The position numbers were made by a program, and so were the translations under genes. A stretch of DNA of 25,853 nucleotides from positions 1 through 25,853 of the forward strand of contig WAKA01000100.1 of the NCBI GenBank assembly GCA_015523565.1, written 5' to 3'. The notes under the pieces are model-generated. The model searched no databases. It had not been told where the DNA came from and saw only the letters and a program-made list of their open reading frames with translations. Below are positions 1-9,209 of the stretch, one piece after another (position 1 is the first letter of the stretch; the number at the start of each line of letters is the position of its first letter). Source of the DNA: Candidatus Heimdallarchaeota archaeon (GTDB lineage Archaea; Asgardarchaeota; Heimdallarchaeia; Heimdallarchaeales; Kariarchaeaceae).

Positions 1-101
1 GGATTTTATAGGGTATTTTCTGAGTTTTTGGGAAAATTGTCTTTTAAGAAAAACAATCCATGGAAGCATTGGGTTCAGACTGTTTGATGAGACGATGTGG
101 T

Positions 102-512
102 TTATTTGTGATGATCATATTTTTTGGCAAGTCTGTTCCATTCAATTTTCGGACATTTGTCTTGGATGAGCGTTATTCCCCTGAATTCAGCTTCTTTTTT
201 TAGTATTGTTGTTATTCCCAATGGAAGCCAGATAAGTGGGATGTTCAGTTCTATTGCCTTTTTCACCATTCTGTCAACGTTTCTTTGGCTTAAGTATATG
301 ATTACTGCGGTTGGGTTTTTTACGTCCTCCAATTTTTTTTTCGGTTTCCAATGACCTATTTCCTCAAGGACAGGGTGTATGGGGATGATTTCATGTCCTT
401 TTTCCTCAAGGAATTCGGGAACATATCTGCTTGGTTGTGATGGATCTGGGGACATTCCTACAACGGCGATTTTTTGGGGGGTCATGAGGAATTCCCTGAT
501 GATTTCATCCAT
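102..512 (-). CDS. CoA-binding protein (YccU-like Rossmann fold)
   Basis: 136 aa; IAVVGMSPDPSQPS, IIPIHP, LIWLPLG and IQDKCPKIE match the small CoA_binding_2 family pattern. Confidence 0.85.
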   Translation of the reverse strand: MDEIIREFLMTPQKIAVVGMSPDPSQPSRYVPEFLEEKGHEIIPIHPVLEEIGHWKPKKKLEDVKNPTAVIIYLSQRNVDRMVKKAIELNIPLIWLPLGITTILKKEAEFRGITLIQDKCPKIEWNRLAKKYDHHK

Positions 513-584
513 ATTGGATGGTTTTGTGTTTGGTATAAAAATGGGATGGTTTTGTGTCAGATAGAGATATTGGTTTTTTTTGTT

Positions 585-1811
585 TCATGGGACTGGCAAT
601 GCTTTTCCTTTTTCAGCCACCAATTTGCCGGATTTGAACACTTTAATGATATTGATTGGGTTTTCGAGGTTTGAGATGTCCTCCAGTGGATTTTGTTTGA
701 CGAGAAGCAAGTCGGCGACATATCCTTGCTTGATTCCCCCTGTTTTATCGAGTCCGATTGCAGAGGCGGCGTTGACAGTTGCGGTTTGCAGAGCTTCAAG
801 AGGGGTCATGCCAAGCTTTTCCACATAAATTGTCAATTCCCTTGCGGAAGTTCCGTGTGGATTTCCAGGGACACCTGCATCAGTTCCGCATGCTATTTTG
901 ACTCCTTTTTCGAATGCGGTTGCGTGTCTTTCGATCATTGCGGAATCGACTTCAATGGTTTTTTTTCTCACTTCTGGAGGGAGTTGCATCATCAGTTCAG
1001 GTTTATCCATAAATGCAGAGGTTTGGGTTGGAACAAGGGTGATGTTGTTCTTTTTCATGAGTTTTATTCCTTCGTCATCGACGAGGCTACAGTGCTCAAT
1101 GGTGTCGACTTTTGCCTTTGCGGCGTGGATAATGCCTTGTGTTCCGTGTGCATGGACGGCTACATGCATTCCAAGCCTGTGGGCTTCGTTGACCATGGCG
1201 GTAAGTTCTTCTTCTGTCCACAGGGTTCGTTCAAGTTTTGATTCCATTCCATGGAGGACGCCACCTGTTGTCATGGTCTTGATGAAGTCAGACCCTAGTC
1301 TTTTTCGTTCACGGACTGCATGACGAACGCCGTCGGTACCTGTGAGAACTTCCCTTCGTTTCTGCAATTCTATCCACTCATCGGGACCCATTGCTTCTTG
1401 GTTGCCCCATTGGCTTATTGTCCATTGTGCAACGATCAATCTTGGACCAATGACAGTTCCTGAATCGATTGACCGTCGCAGGGAACTCCCCCACAGTTCA
1501 CCGCCGCAGTCTCTAAGAGTTGTGAACCCTGCCTTCAGGTGTCTCAGCGCATTTGCATAGGCGATGTAATGGTTCATTCCTGATTTTTTCCTCATCATTT
1601 CCTCTGCCCAATGGACAGTTGATGTTGCTTGCAGGTGGACGTGAAGATCAATCAACCCAGGAATGAGGAACATTCCATTTCCGTCAATTATTTTGTCAGG
1701 AGATGCTTGAGGTTCCCCAATCCATTCGATTTTTTCGGAGAAGCCGATTGATCCTTCAGTTTTTTTTCCGGTTTCCACGTCGATTATATTGACGTTTTCG
1801 ATTTGTATCAT
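585..1811 (-). CDS. Metal-dependent amidohydrolase (Xaa-Pro dipeptidase/prolidase-like subgroup)
   Basis: 408 aa; PGLIDLHVH (HxH), GFTTLRD, DFIK (candidate carbamylated Lys), HAHG, IEH, GTDAG, ADLLLV. Confidence 0.9.
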   Translation of the reverse strand: MIQIENVNIIDVETGKKTEGSIGFSEKIEWIGEPQASPDKIIDGNGMFLIPGLIDLHVHLQATSTVHWAEEMMRKKSGMNHYIAYANALRHLKAGFTTLRDCGGELWGSSLRRSIDSGTVIGPRLIVAQWTISQWGNQEAMGPDEWIELQKRREVLTGTDGVRHAVRERKRLGSDFIKTMTTGGVLHGMESKLERTLWTEEELTAMVNEAHRLGMHVAVHAHGTQGIIHAAKAKVDTIEHCSLVDDEGIKLMKKNNITLVPTQTSAFMDKPELMMQLPPEVRKKTIEVDSAMIERHATAFEKGVKIACGTDAGVPGNPHGTSARELTIYVEKLGMTPLEALQTATVNAASAIGLDKTGGIKQGYVADLLLVKQNPLEDISNLENPINIIKVFKSGKLVAEKGKALPVP

Positions 1812-1888
1812 TGAATGTTCATTTTCAGGGATTTATTTTACTCCTTTGTTTTCACCCATTTTATGGCAGAGGTATTCGCTCAAGTTGT

Positions 1889-2239
1889 TTAATATGCAGT
1901 AAGGAATTCTTCAGGAATAAGTTTTTTTGCCATGAGGACATTGAGCTCATTTTTCCTGTACCTATAGACGAGTTCGCCTTTTGATTCAGGGTGCAATCCA
2001 TATTCGGGCATTGCAACGATCACGTCACCAAGCCTTGTCCACATTCTTCTTCTGTATTTTCCAGGAATTCGGATTTGTCTTACTTTTCCGTCGACGCATC
2101 GTGTAAGCAACAATCTTCCACCGAGCAGTTGGATAACCTGTCCTAGAACTTCACCTTCCTGCGGGAGTCTTGTTCTTATTATTTCAGAGTTTGATCCCTT
2201 GGATCTATGTTTTTTGTTTTTTCGGTTTTTCTTTCTCAT
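1889..2239 (-). CDS. eif1a: Archaeal translation initiation factor aIF-1A
   Basis: 116 aa; RLPQEGEVLGQVIQLLGG, CVDGKVRQIRIPGKYRRRMW, GDVI and LVYRY form the eIF1A OB-fold signature; GGAG lies about 10 nt upstream of the ATG. Confidence 0.95.
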   Translation of the reverse strand: MRKKNRKNKKHRSKGSNSEIIRTRLPQEGEVLGQVIQLLGGRLLLTRCVDGKVRQIRIPGKYRRRMWTRLGDVIVAMPEYGLHPESKGELVYRYRKNELNVLMAKKLIPEEFLTAY

Positions 2240-2419
2240 TTTGAGGGCTCCATGTATTGATTTCCTTTTTTGTTCCCTTTTTTTGTTTCCGTGTTTCGAG
2301 AATTCTTTTCAAAAGGTCATATCAATTGGTCTTAATGTAATTATTATTTCTTTTCTAATAAGGGTTTGGTTGCAAGGCGGGGGGAATGACAGGGGGAGTT
2401 GGTTTTTTGGTATGGGTCA

Positions 2420-2437
2420 AAAGGTTATTTATTAAAA
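2420..2437 (+). promoter_or_regulatory. Putative archaeal BRE/TATA promoter of tldD-pmbA
   Basis: AAAGGTTATTTATTAAAA about 26-40 nt upstream of the tldD ATG, a spacing consistent with a leaderless or short-leader transcript. Confidence 0.45.
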
Positions 2438-2462
2438 GGAATTGTGCATATGAAATTCAGAC

Positions 2463-3875
2463 ATGATAGACGAATTGCGTTCGGTGATCGAGACGGTCGA
2501 CCGTTCAGTTGTTGAGTTTGTTGATATGAGAGCGTTTGAAAGCACTGAGCTGATGATAACGGTACGAAAGGGGAAGGCAGAGGACATTTCTTCGGACAAG
2601 CTTGGTGGGGTTGCGATCCGTGCACTGGTCAATGGTGCATGGGGCTTTGCCTCAGTCGCCTCTTTTGAGGTGCCAAAGTTGGTAGAAACATTGCATACAG
2701 CCATTAAGATGGCGAGGGGGGCATCACAGCATATCACCCGCAAGGCAGAGATTACGGTTGACCGTGCTTTTGAGGGGAAGAATATTTTCAGACCTGATGT
2801 CAATCCCAAGGACCTTTCATTTGAGGAAAAATATGAGCTTGCCTCCAAAACTGAAAAGACATTGAGGGATCATGACCACAGGATAATCAACTCAGTTGGT
2901 CGGTATACGGAAAAAATCCAGCGAGAGACCATAATAAATACTCTTGGTACAGAGGTTGTGAATGATTATGGAGTGTTCAGATTATCTGGCATGGCAACAG
3001 CACGTTCAGGGGATGTTATCCAGAATGTGTCGGACAGTGTGGCAACCAATGCAGGGTTGCAGAGGTTACTTGATTGGGAAATAGAACATGAGATGACACG
3101 TTTGGGAGATCGGGCAATAGGTTTGCTTGATGCGGTTCCGTCCCCCTCAGGTCGGATGAATGTTGTACTGGAACCCTCACTGGTTGGAGTTTACATACAT
3201 GAAGCATTTGGTCATGCATCAGAGGGGGATGCGATTCTTTCTGGCAGGTCAGTTCTTCGGAACAAGATTGGGGAAAAGATGGCAATTGATGGGGTGAATG
3301 TTATAGACGATCCCACATTGCCAGGGTTGCGGGGGTCTTTCAAGTTTGATTCGGAGGGCACACCTACATCTCGGAGGCAGATAATCAGAGATGGTGTCTT
3401 GGTTGGATACCTAAACGATTTGCAGTCTGCCTCTATGCTTGACAAGGGGAATGCGCTGAATGGTGCAGGTCGTGCAACTGATTTCAGGCATATGACCATG
3501 CCGAGGATGGGGAACACCTATATTGAAAACGGAGACATGAGTTTTGAGGAGTTGTTGGAAGCTGTTGGCAATGGTGTTTATCTGACACATTCGTATGGGG
3601 GCTATGTGAATCCTGCAAATGGTCAGTTTTATTTTTCATCGCAGTCTGGTTATCTTATTGAGAACGGTGAACTGACTAAACCAATCAGGAATTCAGGGAT
3701 GAGCGGCATGACGTTGGAAGTGCTTCAGAACACTATTGGTGTCGGGAATGACCTGATAATCGATGCGTTTCCAGGAGTCTGCGGCAAGGCGAATTTGACG
3801 GGGTTCCAACCGATGCCCGTTACGGGTGGTGGTCCCACGATAGCGGCAAAGGACATTGTAGTAGGTGGAAAATAA
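2463..3875 (+). CDS. tldD: TldD metalloprotease, catalytic subunit
   Basis: 470 aa; HEAFGH (HExxxH), DDPT, FDSEG, PRMGNTY, CGK metal ligand, GGPT. Confidence 0.93.
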   Translation: MIDELRSVIETVDRSVVEFVDMRAFESTELMITVRKGKAEDISSDKLGGVAIRALVNGAWGFASVASFEVPKLVETLHTAIKMARGASQHITRKAEITVDRAFEGKNIFRPDVNPKDLSFEEKYELASKTEKTLRDHDHRIINSVGRYTEKIQRETIINTLGTEVVNDYGVFRLSGMATARSGDVIQNVSDSVATNAGLQRLLDWEIEHEMTRLGDRAIGLLDAVPSPSGRMNVVLEPSLVGVYIHEAFGHASEGDAILSGRSVLRNKIGEKMAIDGVNVIDDPTLPGLRGSFKFDSEGTPTSRRQIIRDGVLVGYLNDLQSASMLDKGNALNGAGRATDFRHMTMPRMGNTYIENGDMSFEELLEAVGNGVYLTHSYGGYVNPANGQFYFSSQSGYLIENGELTKPIRNSGMSGMTLEVLQNTIGVGNDLIIDAFPGVCGKANLTGFQPMPVTGGGPTIAAKDIVVGGK

Positions 3876-5287
3876 TGGAGAAACTGGAACATAGGACAGG
3901 TCTTGTCGAATTATCCGATTTGGCGGAACGAGCGCTTGCATTGAACAAGGAAGGGGCACAGATGGAGATAACCTTGACCAATGGATTTGAGAGGAGCATT
4001 GAGGTCAAGGGAAATTCCATTTCAGGTGTACAGCAACAGACGAAGACAAAGGTGACAGTCAGGATTTATGATGGAAAAAGACTTGGTATAGCCTCTGCGA
4101 CATCTTTGAGCCCTAAGTCCATAGAGGAGACAGTGACCAATGCCATGAAGCTTGCAAAGTTGTCACCACCCGATGACAAATTTGTCTCATTGCCTGAGCC
4201 AATGGAAAGACAACCTGCAAATTTGGAGGGGTTGTATGATTCGGAACTGGCCTATCTTGACCCGTCAAAAGTGGTTGAAAGTATTGGAGACATGATACAA
4301 GGAGCAAGAGAAGTCCATGAAAAAGCCAATGTGGGAGGAAGATTGAACATGAACCTTATGGAGAGAGTGGTTGCAAATAGTTTAGGGATATTCACGCAAA
4401 CGGAGAATACATCGATGTCTTCCTTTGCATTCATATCCATACCGTTATCTCCACAAAACGTGGGAGTGGGATTTGAGGTTAATGTGGACAGGAAATGGGA
4501 TCCAGCATTCAGTTTTCATGAGTTTGGGAAAATTGCGGCAGAAAAGGCAAAACAGATGTTAAATGCAAAGATTGGCCCCTCTAAGAAGCTCCCCGCTCTT
4601 TTTGATGAGAGAGCCACATATCAATCCCTAAACCAAATCTTTGGGTTTGGGGTCAATGGGTATTCGGTAATGACAGGGACATCATACTTTGCTGACAAGA
4701 TAGGTGCAGAGCTTGCAAGTCATGGGCTGTCATTGTTTGATGACCCCCATGTTCCAGGTGGAGCGGCTTCAGTGGTTTTTGACCGAGAGGGGGTTCCGAC
4801 AACCCGAGTCCAGATCATGACAGATGGGGTGTTGGAAAGCTATGTGACTGATTCATACACTGCAAATGTTTTGGGTCTAGAAAATACAGGAAATGCGGGC
4901 ACAGGCTTTCGAAGTAAGCTTCCCAGACCGACAATACATCAGCTCCAGGTAGAGGCAGGCAATGATTCAAGGGAGGCAATGCTTGAAGATCTTAAGGAGG
5001 GGATTCTAGTGGAATCAGGAGTAGGACCTGCTGGAGGCTCGCCTCAGATTTCTGCGCAGATTAACAGGGGTTTTTATGTGAAAGATGGGGAGATTGAATA
5101 TCCCTTGAAAAATACGATGTTGGGAAGCAATGTCTATGAGTTTCTTGGTGGCATAGTTGCCATTTCAAGGGAATTGAGGAAAGAGTTCGGTCACCAATCT
5201 CCAATGATATTGGTAAAGGAAGTCTCAATCGCAGGAGCAGGAAAACAGAAAAAGCAGGGAGCAAACATTTCCATGAGCTCCTTTTGA
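3875..5287 (+). CDS. pmbA: PmbA/TldE, non-catalytic partner of TldD
   Basis: 470 aa; DDP, FDREG, TGNA, GFYVKDGEI, SP; lacks HExxxH; TAATG stop/start overlap with tldD. Confidence 0.9.
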   Translation: MEKLEHRTGLVELSDLAERALALNKEGAQMEITLTNGFERSIEVKGNSISGVQQQTKTKVTVRIYDGKRLGIASATSLSPKSIEETVTNAMKLAKLSPPDDKFVSLPEPMERQPANLEGLYDSELAYLDPSKVVESIGDMIQGAREVHEKANVGGRLNMNLMERVVANSLGIFTQTENTSMSSFAFISIPLSPQNVGVGFEVNVDRKWDPAFSFHEFGKIAAEKAKQMLNAKIGPSKKLPALFDERATYQSLNQIFGFGVNGYSVMTGTSYFADKIGAELASHGLSLFDDPHVPGGAASVVFDREGVPTTRVQIMTDGVLESYVTDSYTANVLGLENTGNAGTGFRSKLPRPTIHQLQVEAGNDSREAMLEDLKEGILVESGVGPAGGSPQISAQINRGFYVKDGEIEYPLKNTMLGSNVYEFLGGIVAISRELRKEFGHQSPMILVKEVSIAGAGKQKKQGANISMSSF

Positions 5288-5355
5288 GATTTGATTGGTC
5301 TGTTTAGGTTGGGGGTTCCCGATATCATTTTTTAGGATTAATACAATCAACAATT

Positions 5356-6945
5356 ATGAATATAATTCAAAAAGTGATGAGGTTTTTCGTCAATACGTTC
5401 TTGATTGGATTTATATTGCCCATACTTTACATTATAGTTAGATTGGCAAATGGAACCTCATTGTTTATCATTTTCAGGGATATTGCAGAATTTCTCGTAG
5501 CCATTGTATCCATTTTGAGAGAAAATGTATGGGGGTTCATGGCATCCTCATTTTTACTTTTGGGATTTTCAGTTTATGCGGGACATCTTCGCCAAATGAG
5601 AAAATTGGGGAATGGCATGTTGGGAATATTCTATGCATCCCTACTGATTTTCTACCCACTGAATCTCTTTTTCTTTAGGAATGCGGTGGTGACAGTCCCG
5701 TTTGTAATTGGAATTGGAGTGCTGTCGTCTTTTTCATTGGCAAATGACATTGCCAAGGTTAAAGTGGAAAAGACTGAGATCAAAAACATTAGAATTGGGT
5801 CATTGTTTCGTTCATTAATAGTGGTGATGACAGGATTGTTGCTTATTGGACCCTCGTTAGTTGCAATGGTTGGACCATCACCACCAATCGTCCCTACGAA
5901 ATATGGTAAGCAAGGACCGTATGATGTGCATCGTACCTCATTGCTTCAACAGGTCAACAAAACCATATTGGAGATGGTCATTCCAGAATTTCCCAACAAT
6001 GAGTGGAAGATATTCCTATATGTCCCAGAAACAACAGCAACAGTTCCAGTCCATATATTTCTTCATGGTCATGGGGGACCTGACCCGAAATACTATGACA
6101 ACATGATGCGTTTGGTTTCCTCTTGGGGGGTATTGGGAATTTTTGTGCAATATCCGACAAATTTCGACAACAAGAAACTGGATAGTTTTGTTGAAAAATA
6201 CTTGCCGTATGTCGCGAATGAAACAGAGATAGTCAAAGGAAATCCCTTACGCTATCAAATTGTCCTAGATGGAATTCTTCAAGCTTTGGAGAGTTTGAAT
6301 TCGTCATCCATTCCAGAAGTGAACTCTTTTCTCCCGAATGGTTTCAATCTTTCAATGCTGATGGTTGTTGGTCATTCACTTGGTGGTGGAATGGTTCTTT
6401 TCATTGCTTCAGAGATGGTGAAAAGGGGATGGGGAACAAAAAAACTGGTGCTTGATATTGAGGCTGGGTGGGTCAGTACAATTCCGACCAACATGACAAT
6501 TCTACCAGATCACACTTTGTTGAATGTTGCAATTTATGATCGGGATTCCATTGTCGCCCCCTGCATAACGGCAGACTTATTTGAAAGGATTGCAACAAGG
6601 GATGGACATAAGCCTCTTCCAAGTGACCAAACATCGTTAGTGATTGTCAGGAGTGATTATCATGGGTTTCCTAGAGAACTAGCACTGCATTACTCTCCAA
6701 CAGATCTGATAAAAGGCAATATATACTATAGAGCCTATGTTGGAAGATTGCAGGCCATGGCAGATTACTTGGTACAGGGGAATGGCAAAGAGTATTTTAT
6801 GGAGAACACAGACATGGGAGAATGGCGCGATGGGACACCATTCAAACCCCTGTTCAGAACAACAGACCCTTACGGTAAGAGAGGAGGAGAGCCAATGAAT
6901 CCATATGTCCAAGACTTTACGAGTGTGTATTGTGTTAACAATTGA
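5356..6945 (+). CDS. Membrane-anchored alpha/beta hydrolase
   Basis: 529 aa; about 5 hydrophobic segments in the first 175 aa, then FLHGHGG (oxyanion loop), GHSLGG (nucleophile elbow), DRDSIV (acid) and ALHYSP (His). Confidence 0.8.
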   Translation: MNIIQKVMRFFVNTFLIGFILPILYIIVRLANGTSLFIIFRDIAEFLVAIVSILRENVWGFMASSFLLLGFSVYAGHLRQMRKLGNGMLGIFYASLLIFYPLNLFFFRNAVVTVPFVIGIGVLSSFSLANDIAKVKVEKTEIKNIRIGSLFRSLIVVMTGLLLIGPSLVAMVGPSPPIVPTKYGKQGPYDVHRTSLLQQVNKTILEMVIPEFPNNEWKIFLYVPETTATVPVHIFLHGHGGPDPKYYDNMMRLVSSWGVLGIFVQYPTNFDNKKLDSFVEKYLPYVANETEIVKGNPLRYQIVLDGILQALESLNSSSIPEVNSFLPNGFNLSMLMVVGHSLGGGMVLFIASEMVKRGWGTKKLVLDIEAGWVSTIPTNMTILPDHTLLNVAIYDRDSIVAPCITADLFERIATRDGHKPLPSDQTSLVIVRSDYHGFPRELALHYSPTDLIKGNIYYRAYVGRLQAMADYLVQGNGKEYFMENTDMGEWRDGTPFKPLFRTTDPYGKRGGEPMNPYVQDFTSVYCVNN

Positions 6946-6957
6946 TATTTTTGACCA

Positions 6958-7908
6958 TTACCAATCTATATTTGAGACATACAATGACTTGAGTTTTGGA
7001 GGAAGGATTGGTTTTTCTATTGTTACAGTATCCAAAGTAAGTTTTTGCAAGACATAAAGGTGGCTAATTCCAAAATCCTGCCATACCTTCATGTTTTTCA
7101 ATGTGAGTTTACGTAAATTGGGGGCATGACAAGAAAGATCAGTCGCCAATGTGGAACATCCGTCCATGTGAAGAAATTTAAGAGCAGGGAATATTGCACC
7201 ATTGAAATTGAGAATAGAATCGGAGATGGTAATTCTTTTTAGGCTTGTATATTTCCTTGGTTTGAAATTCAAAGATACACTGGATAATGAGACAACTGCA
7301 AGTCTTTTGAAGTGATCCAGCCAAATTTCATGAAATTCTTTTCGATATTGCCTTTGACAAATTGACAATGTAAGTTTATTGAGGTGTTTGAAACGGGAAA
7401 TCCAGTCCAAATCCTCTGGCCAACTGTTGTAGCCGTAATGGATTGAAAGAACCGAGAGATTTTTGGCACATATGTTTTTCTTTTTAGGTTTGATTCCATG
7501 TGTTCCTTTCAGGTGAATTGCTAGAAATCTCAAGTGTTTCAGTTTCAATAGATGCATGGGAAAGAAAGGCAACGGAATGCGTGAGAAAAATCCAACAATT
7601 TTTCCATTTCTCAATATCCATTCCTTTTTTTTATTCCGTTTTGTGGGGAATTCGAGTATAAGCATTGCCCAATAGTTCCCATTATTGGTAATCATGGATA
7701 TGTACAACTGCCTTGAAAGAGGGTCAAAAACAAGTTTGAATTGGTCAAGTCGTGCAAATTTTAGAGGAAATATTCCTGAAAAACGTAATTCGATCAAAAA
7801 TTCAGAAAAATGTGTCCAGTCAGACTTATGCAGAAGATTTTCCACATCAATCAAGATCCCATTGGAAATTTGGACTATTTTTTGTTGGGCAGTTGCATGT
7901 TCATCCAT
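6958..7908 (-). CDS. Leucine-rich-repeat-like hypothetical protein
   Basis: About 9 LxxLxL-type units in the C-terminal half (LKHLRFLAI, KNLSVLSI, FKHLNKLTL, FPALKFLHM, APNLRKLTL, PKLKSLYV). ATG 7908 follows AGGGGT and is preferred over TTG 8016. Confidence 0.65.
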   Translation of the reverse strand: MDEHATAQQKIVQISNGILIDVENLLHKSDWTHFSEFLIELRFSGIFPLKFARLDQFKLVFDPLSRQLYISMITNNGNYWAMLILEFPTKRNKKKEWILRNGKIVGFFSRIPLPFFPMHLLKLKHLRFLAIHLKGTHGIKPKKKNICAKNLSVLSIHYGYNSWPEDLDWISRFKHLNKLTLSICQRQYRKEFHEIWLDHFKRLAVVSLSSVSLNFKPRKYTSLKRITISDSILNFNGAIFPALKFLHMDGCSTLATDLSCHAPNLRKLTLKNMKVWQDFGISHLYVLQKLTLDTVTIEKPILPPKLKSLYVSNIDW

Positions 7909-8110
7909 ACCCCTAGTTAAGCAATTATCCACAAAAAAACCTTTATTTTGGTGAAATGACACTCTAAAACACAAAGATTTTTGGTGTTCAATGGGTATTG
8001 CAGGCAAGACGGACAAAGAATATCTGGAAATTAAATTTTTTTGTATTTTTTTTGCTTAACAAGAACCCTATATCCACATTCTTCAAAAATGAAATGGATA
8101 AAGGAAAACC

Positions 8111-8689
8111 ATGGTCGATATCCTTGCAATACTGCAATCAATTGATAGAAATGTGTTGATGATTGCAATAATTGCCATTTTGGTCATTGAAGTGTTTCTT
8201 TTGTCTTTTCCAAAAGAGATTGTAATGGTTTTTGCAGGAATTGCTTTCGGAATAGCAGGAGGAACCATTCTTAACCTTATAGGACTTTTCGGTGCAGCTT
8301 GGTTAGGCTATGAGGGGGGACGTTTGGGAAAATTTGGGGTTGAGAGGTTAAGGGGACATAGATTAGTGGTTAAATACAAAGATCAGTTGGAAAGGAGGGG
8401 AAATACAGGCCTGTCATTGCTTAGACTCATTCCATTAACACCCAATGATATTCTCAGCATAACTTGTGGATTTGTTGAATTCAGGAAAAAGCCATATCTC
8501 ATCATTTCTTTCATAACCGCAATCCCCTACGCATTTCTTTGGGCGTATGTAGGGGACAAGGGGGTAGAAACGTTGATGGAGACCATTCCAACGGCATTTG
8601 ACCCAACCTTATGGTTACTTAGCTTTATCCTTGTAATTCTATTGTTCTGGGTTTTATCCAAGAGGCTTTTTGTAGAAGAGAATGAATGA
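8111..8689 (+). CDS. TVP38/TMEM64 (DedA/VTT domain) membrane protein
   Basis: 192 aa, hydrophobic; FPKEIVMVFAGIAFG, LLRLIPLTPNDILS and G..F.Y pattern. Confidence 0.88.
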   Translation: MVDILAILQSIDRNVLMIAIIAILVIEVFLLSFPKEIVMVFAGIAFGIAGGTILNLIGLFGAAWLGYEGGRLGKFGVERLRGHRLVVKYKDQLERRGNTGLSLLRLIPLTPNDILSITCGFVEFRKKPYLIISFITAIPYAFLWAYVGDKGVETLMETIPTAFDPTLWLLSFILVILLFWVLSKRLFVEENE

Positions 8690-8734
8690 TTCACCACTCG
8701 AAATGTTTTTTAGAGAGTAGTGTGAAAAAGACGT

Positions 8735-9169
8735 ATGGTTGATGAAGAAGTACATATGAAAGAGTCAGAAACACAAAAACCGTTAACGAAAAAGCTAGAA
8801 GTTGAAGACAGAACAGCATCTAAACTTGCTGATGGAGTGGCAGGAACAGATGTGGGTATTGCAAGAACCTTAGAGGAAATTGTAGTGTCCCCGATCAGGA
8901 TAGCTGGAAGAATTGTTGATGGAACAATACAAGGGGTGAAACATGGAATTGAGACTAGTTCCAATCCTGTTGAGGCAATGGCGAAACCTATCATTTCAGG
9001 AGTTGTAGGAGCTGTAAAAGGAACAATGAAAGGAATCGAACAATCAGCACGGAAGATTGGAGAGGGACTATCTGAGATAGGAGAAAACATAACCACAGTT
9101 GGCAAAACATTGGAAGGGAAAGAAGGCAATAACAAAAACGACCCCAATATTGGTGAGAAGACCACATAA
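8735..9169 (+). CDS. Hypothetical protein, Gly/Val/Ile-rich amphipathic helices
   Basis: 144 aa ORF filling the gap between co-oriented genes, with codon usage like its neighbours; no family recognised. Confidence 0.7.
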   Translation: MVDEEVHMKESETQKPLTKKLEVEDRTASKLADGVAGTDVGIARTLEEIVVSPIRIAGRIVDGTIQGVKHGIETSSNPVEAMAKPIISGVVGAVKGTMKGIEQSARKIGEGLSEIGENITTVGKTLEGKEGNNKNDPNIGEKTT

Positions 9170-9209
9170 AAGATAAAAACTATTTATCACTGAACAAAAA
9201 TGGGGAATC

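Noticed and set aside
2463-5287. TldD/PmbA as a RiPP maturation cluster
   Set aside because: No precursor peptide, YcaO or other modification genes nearby; the pair is a common housekeeping arrangement in archaea
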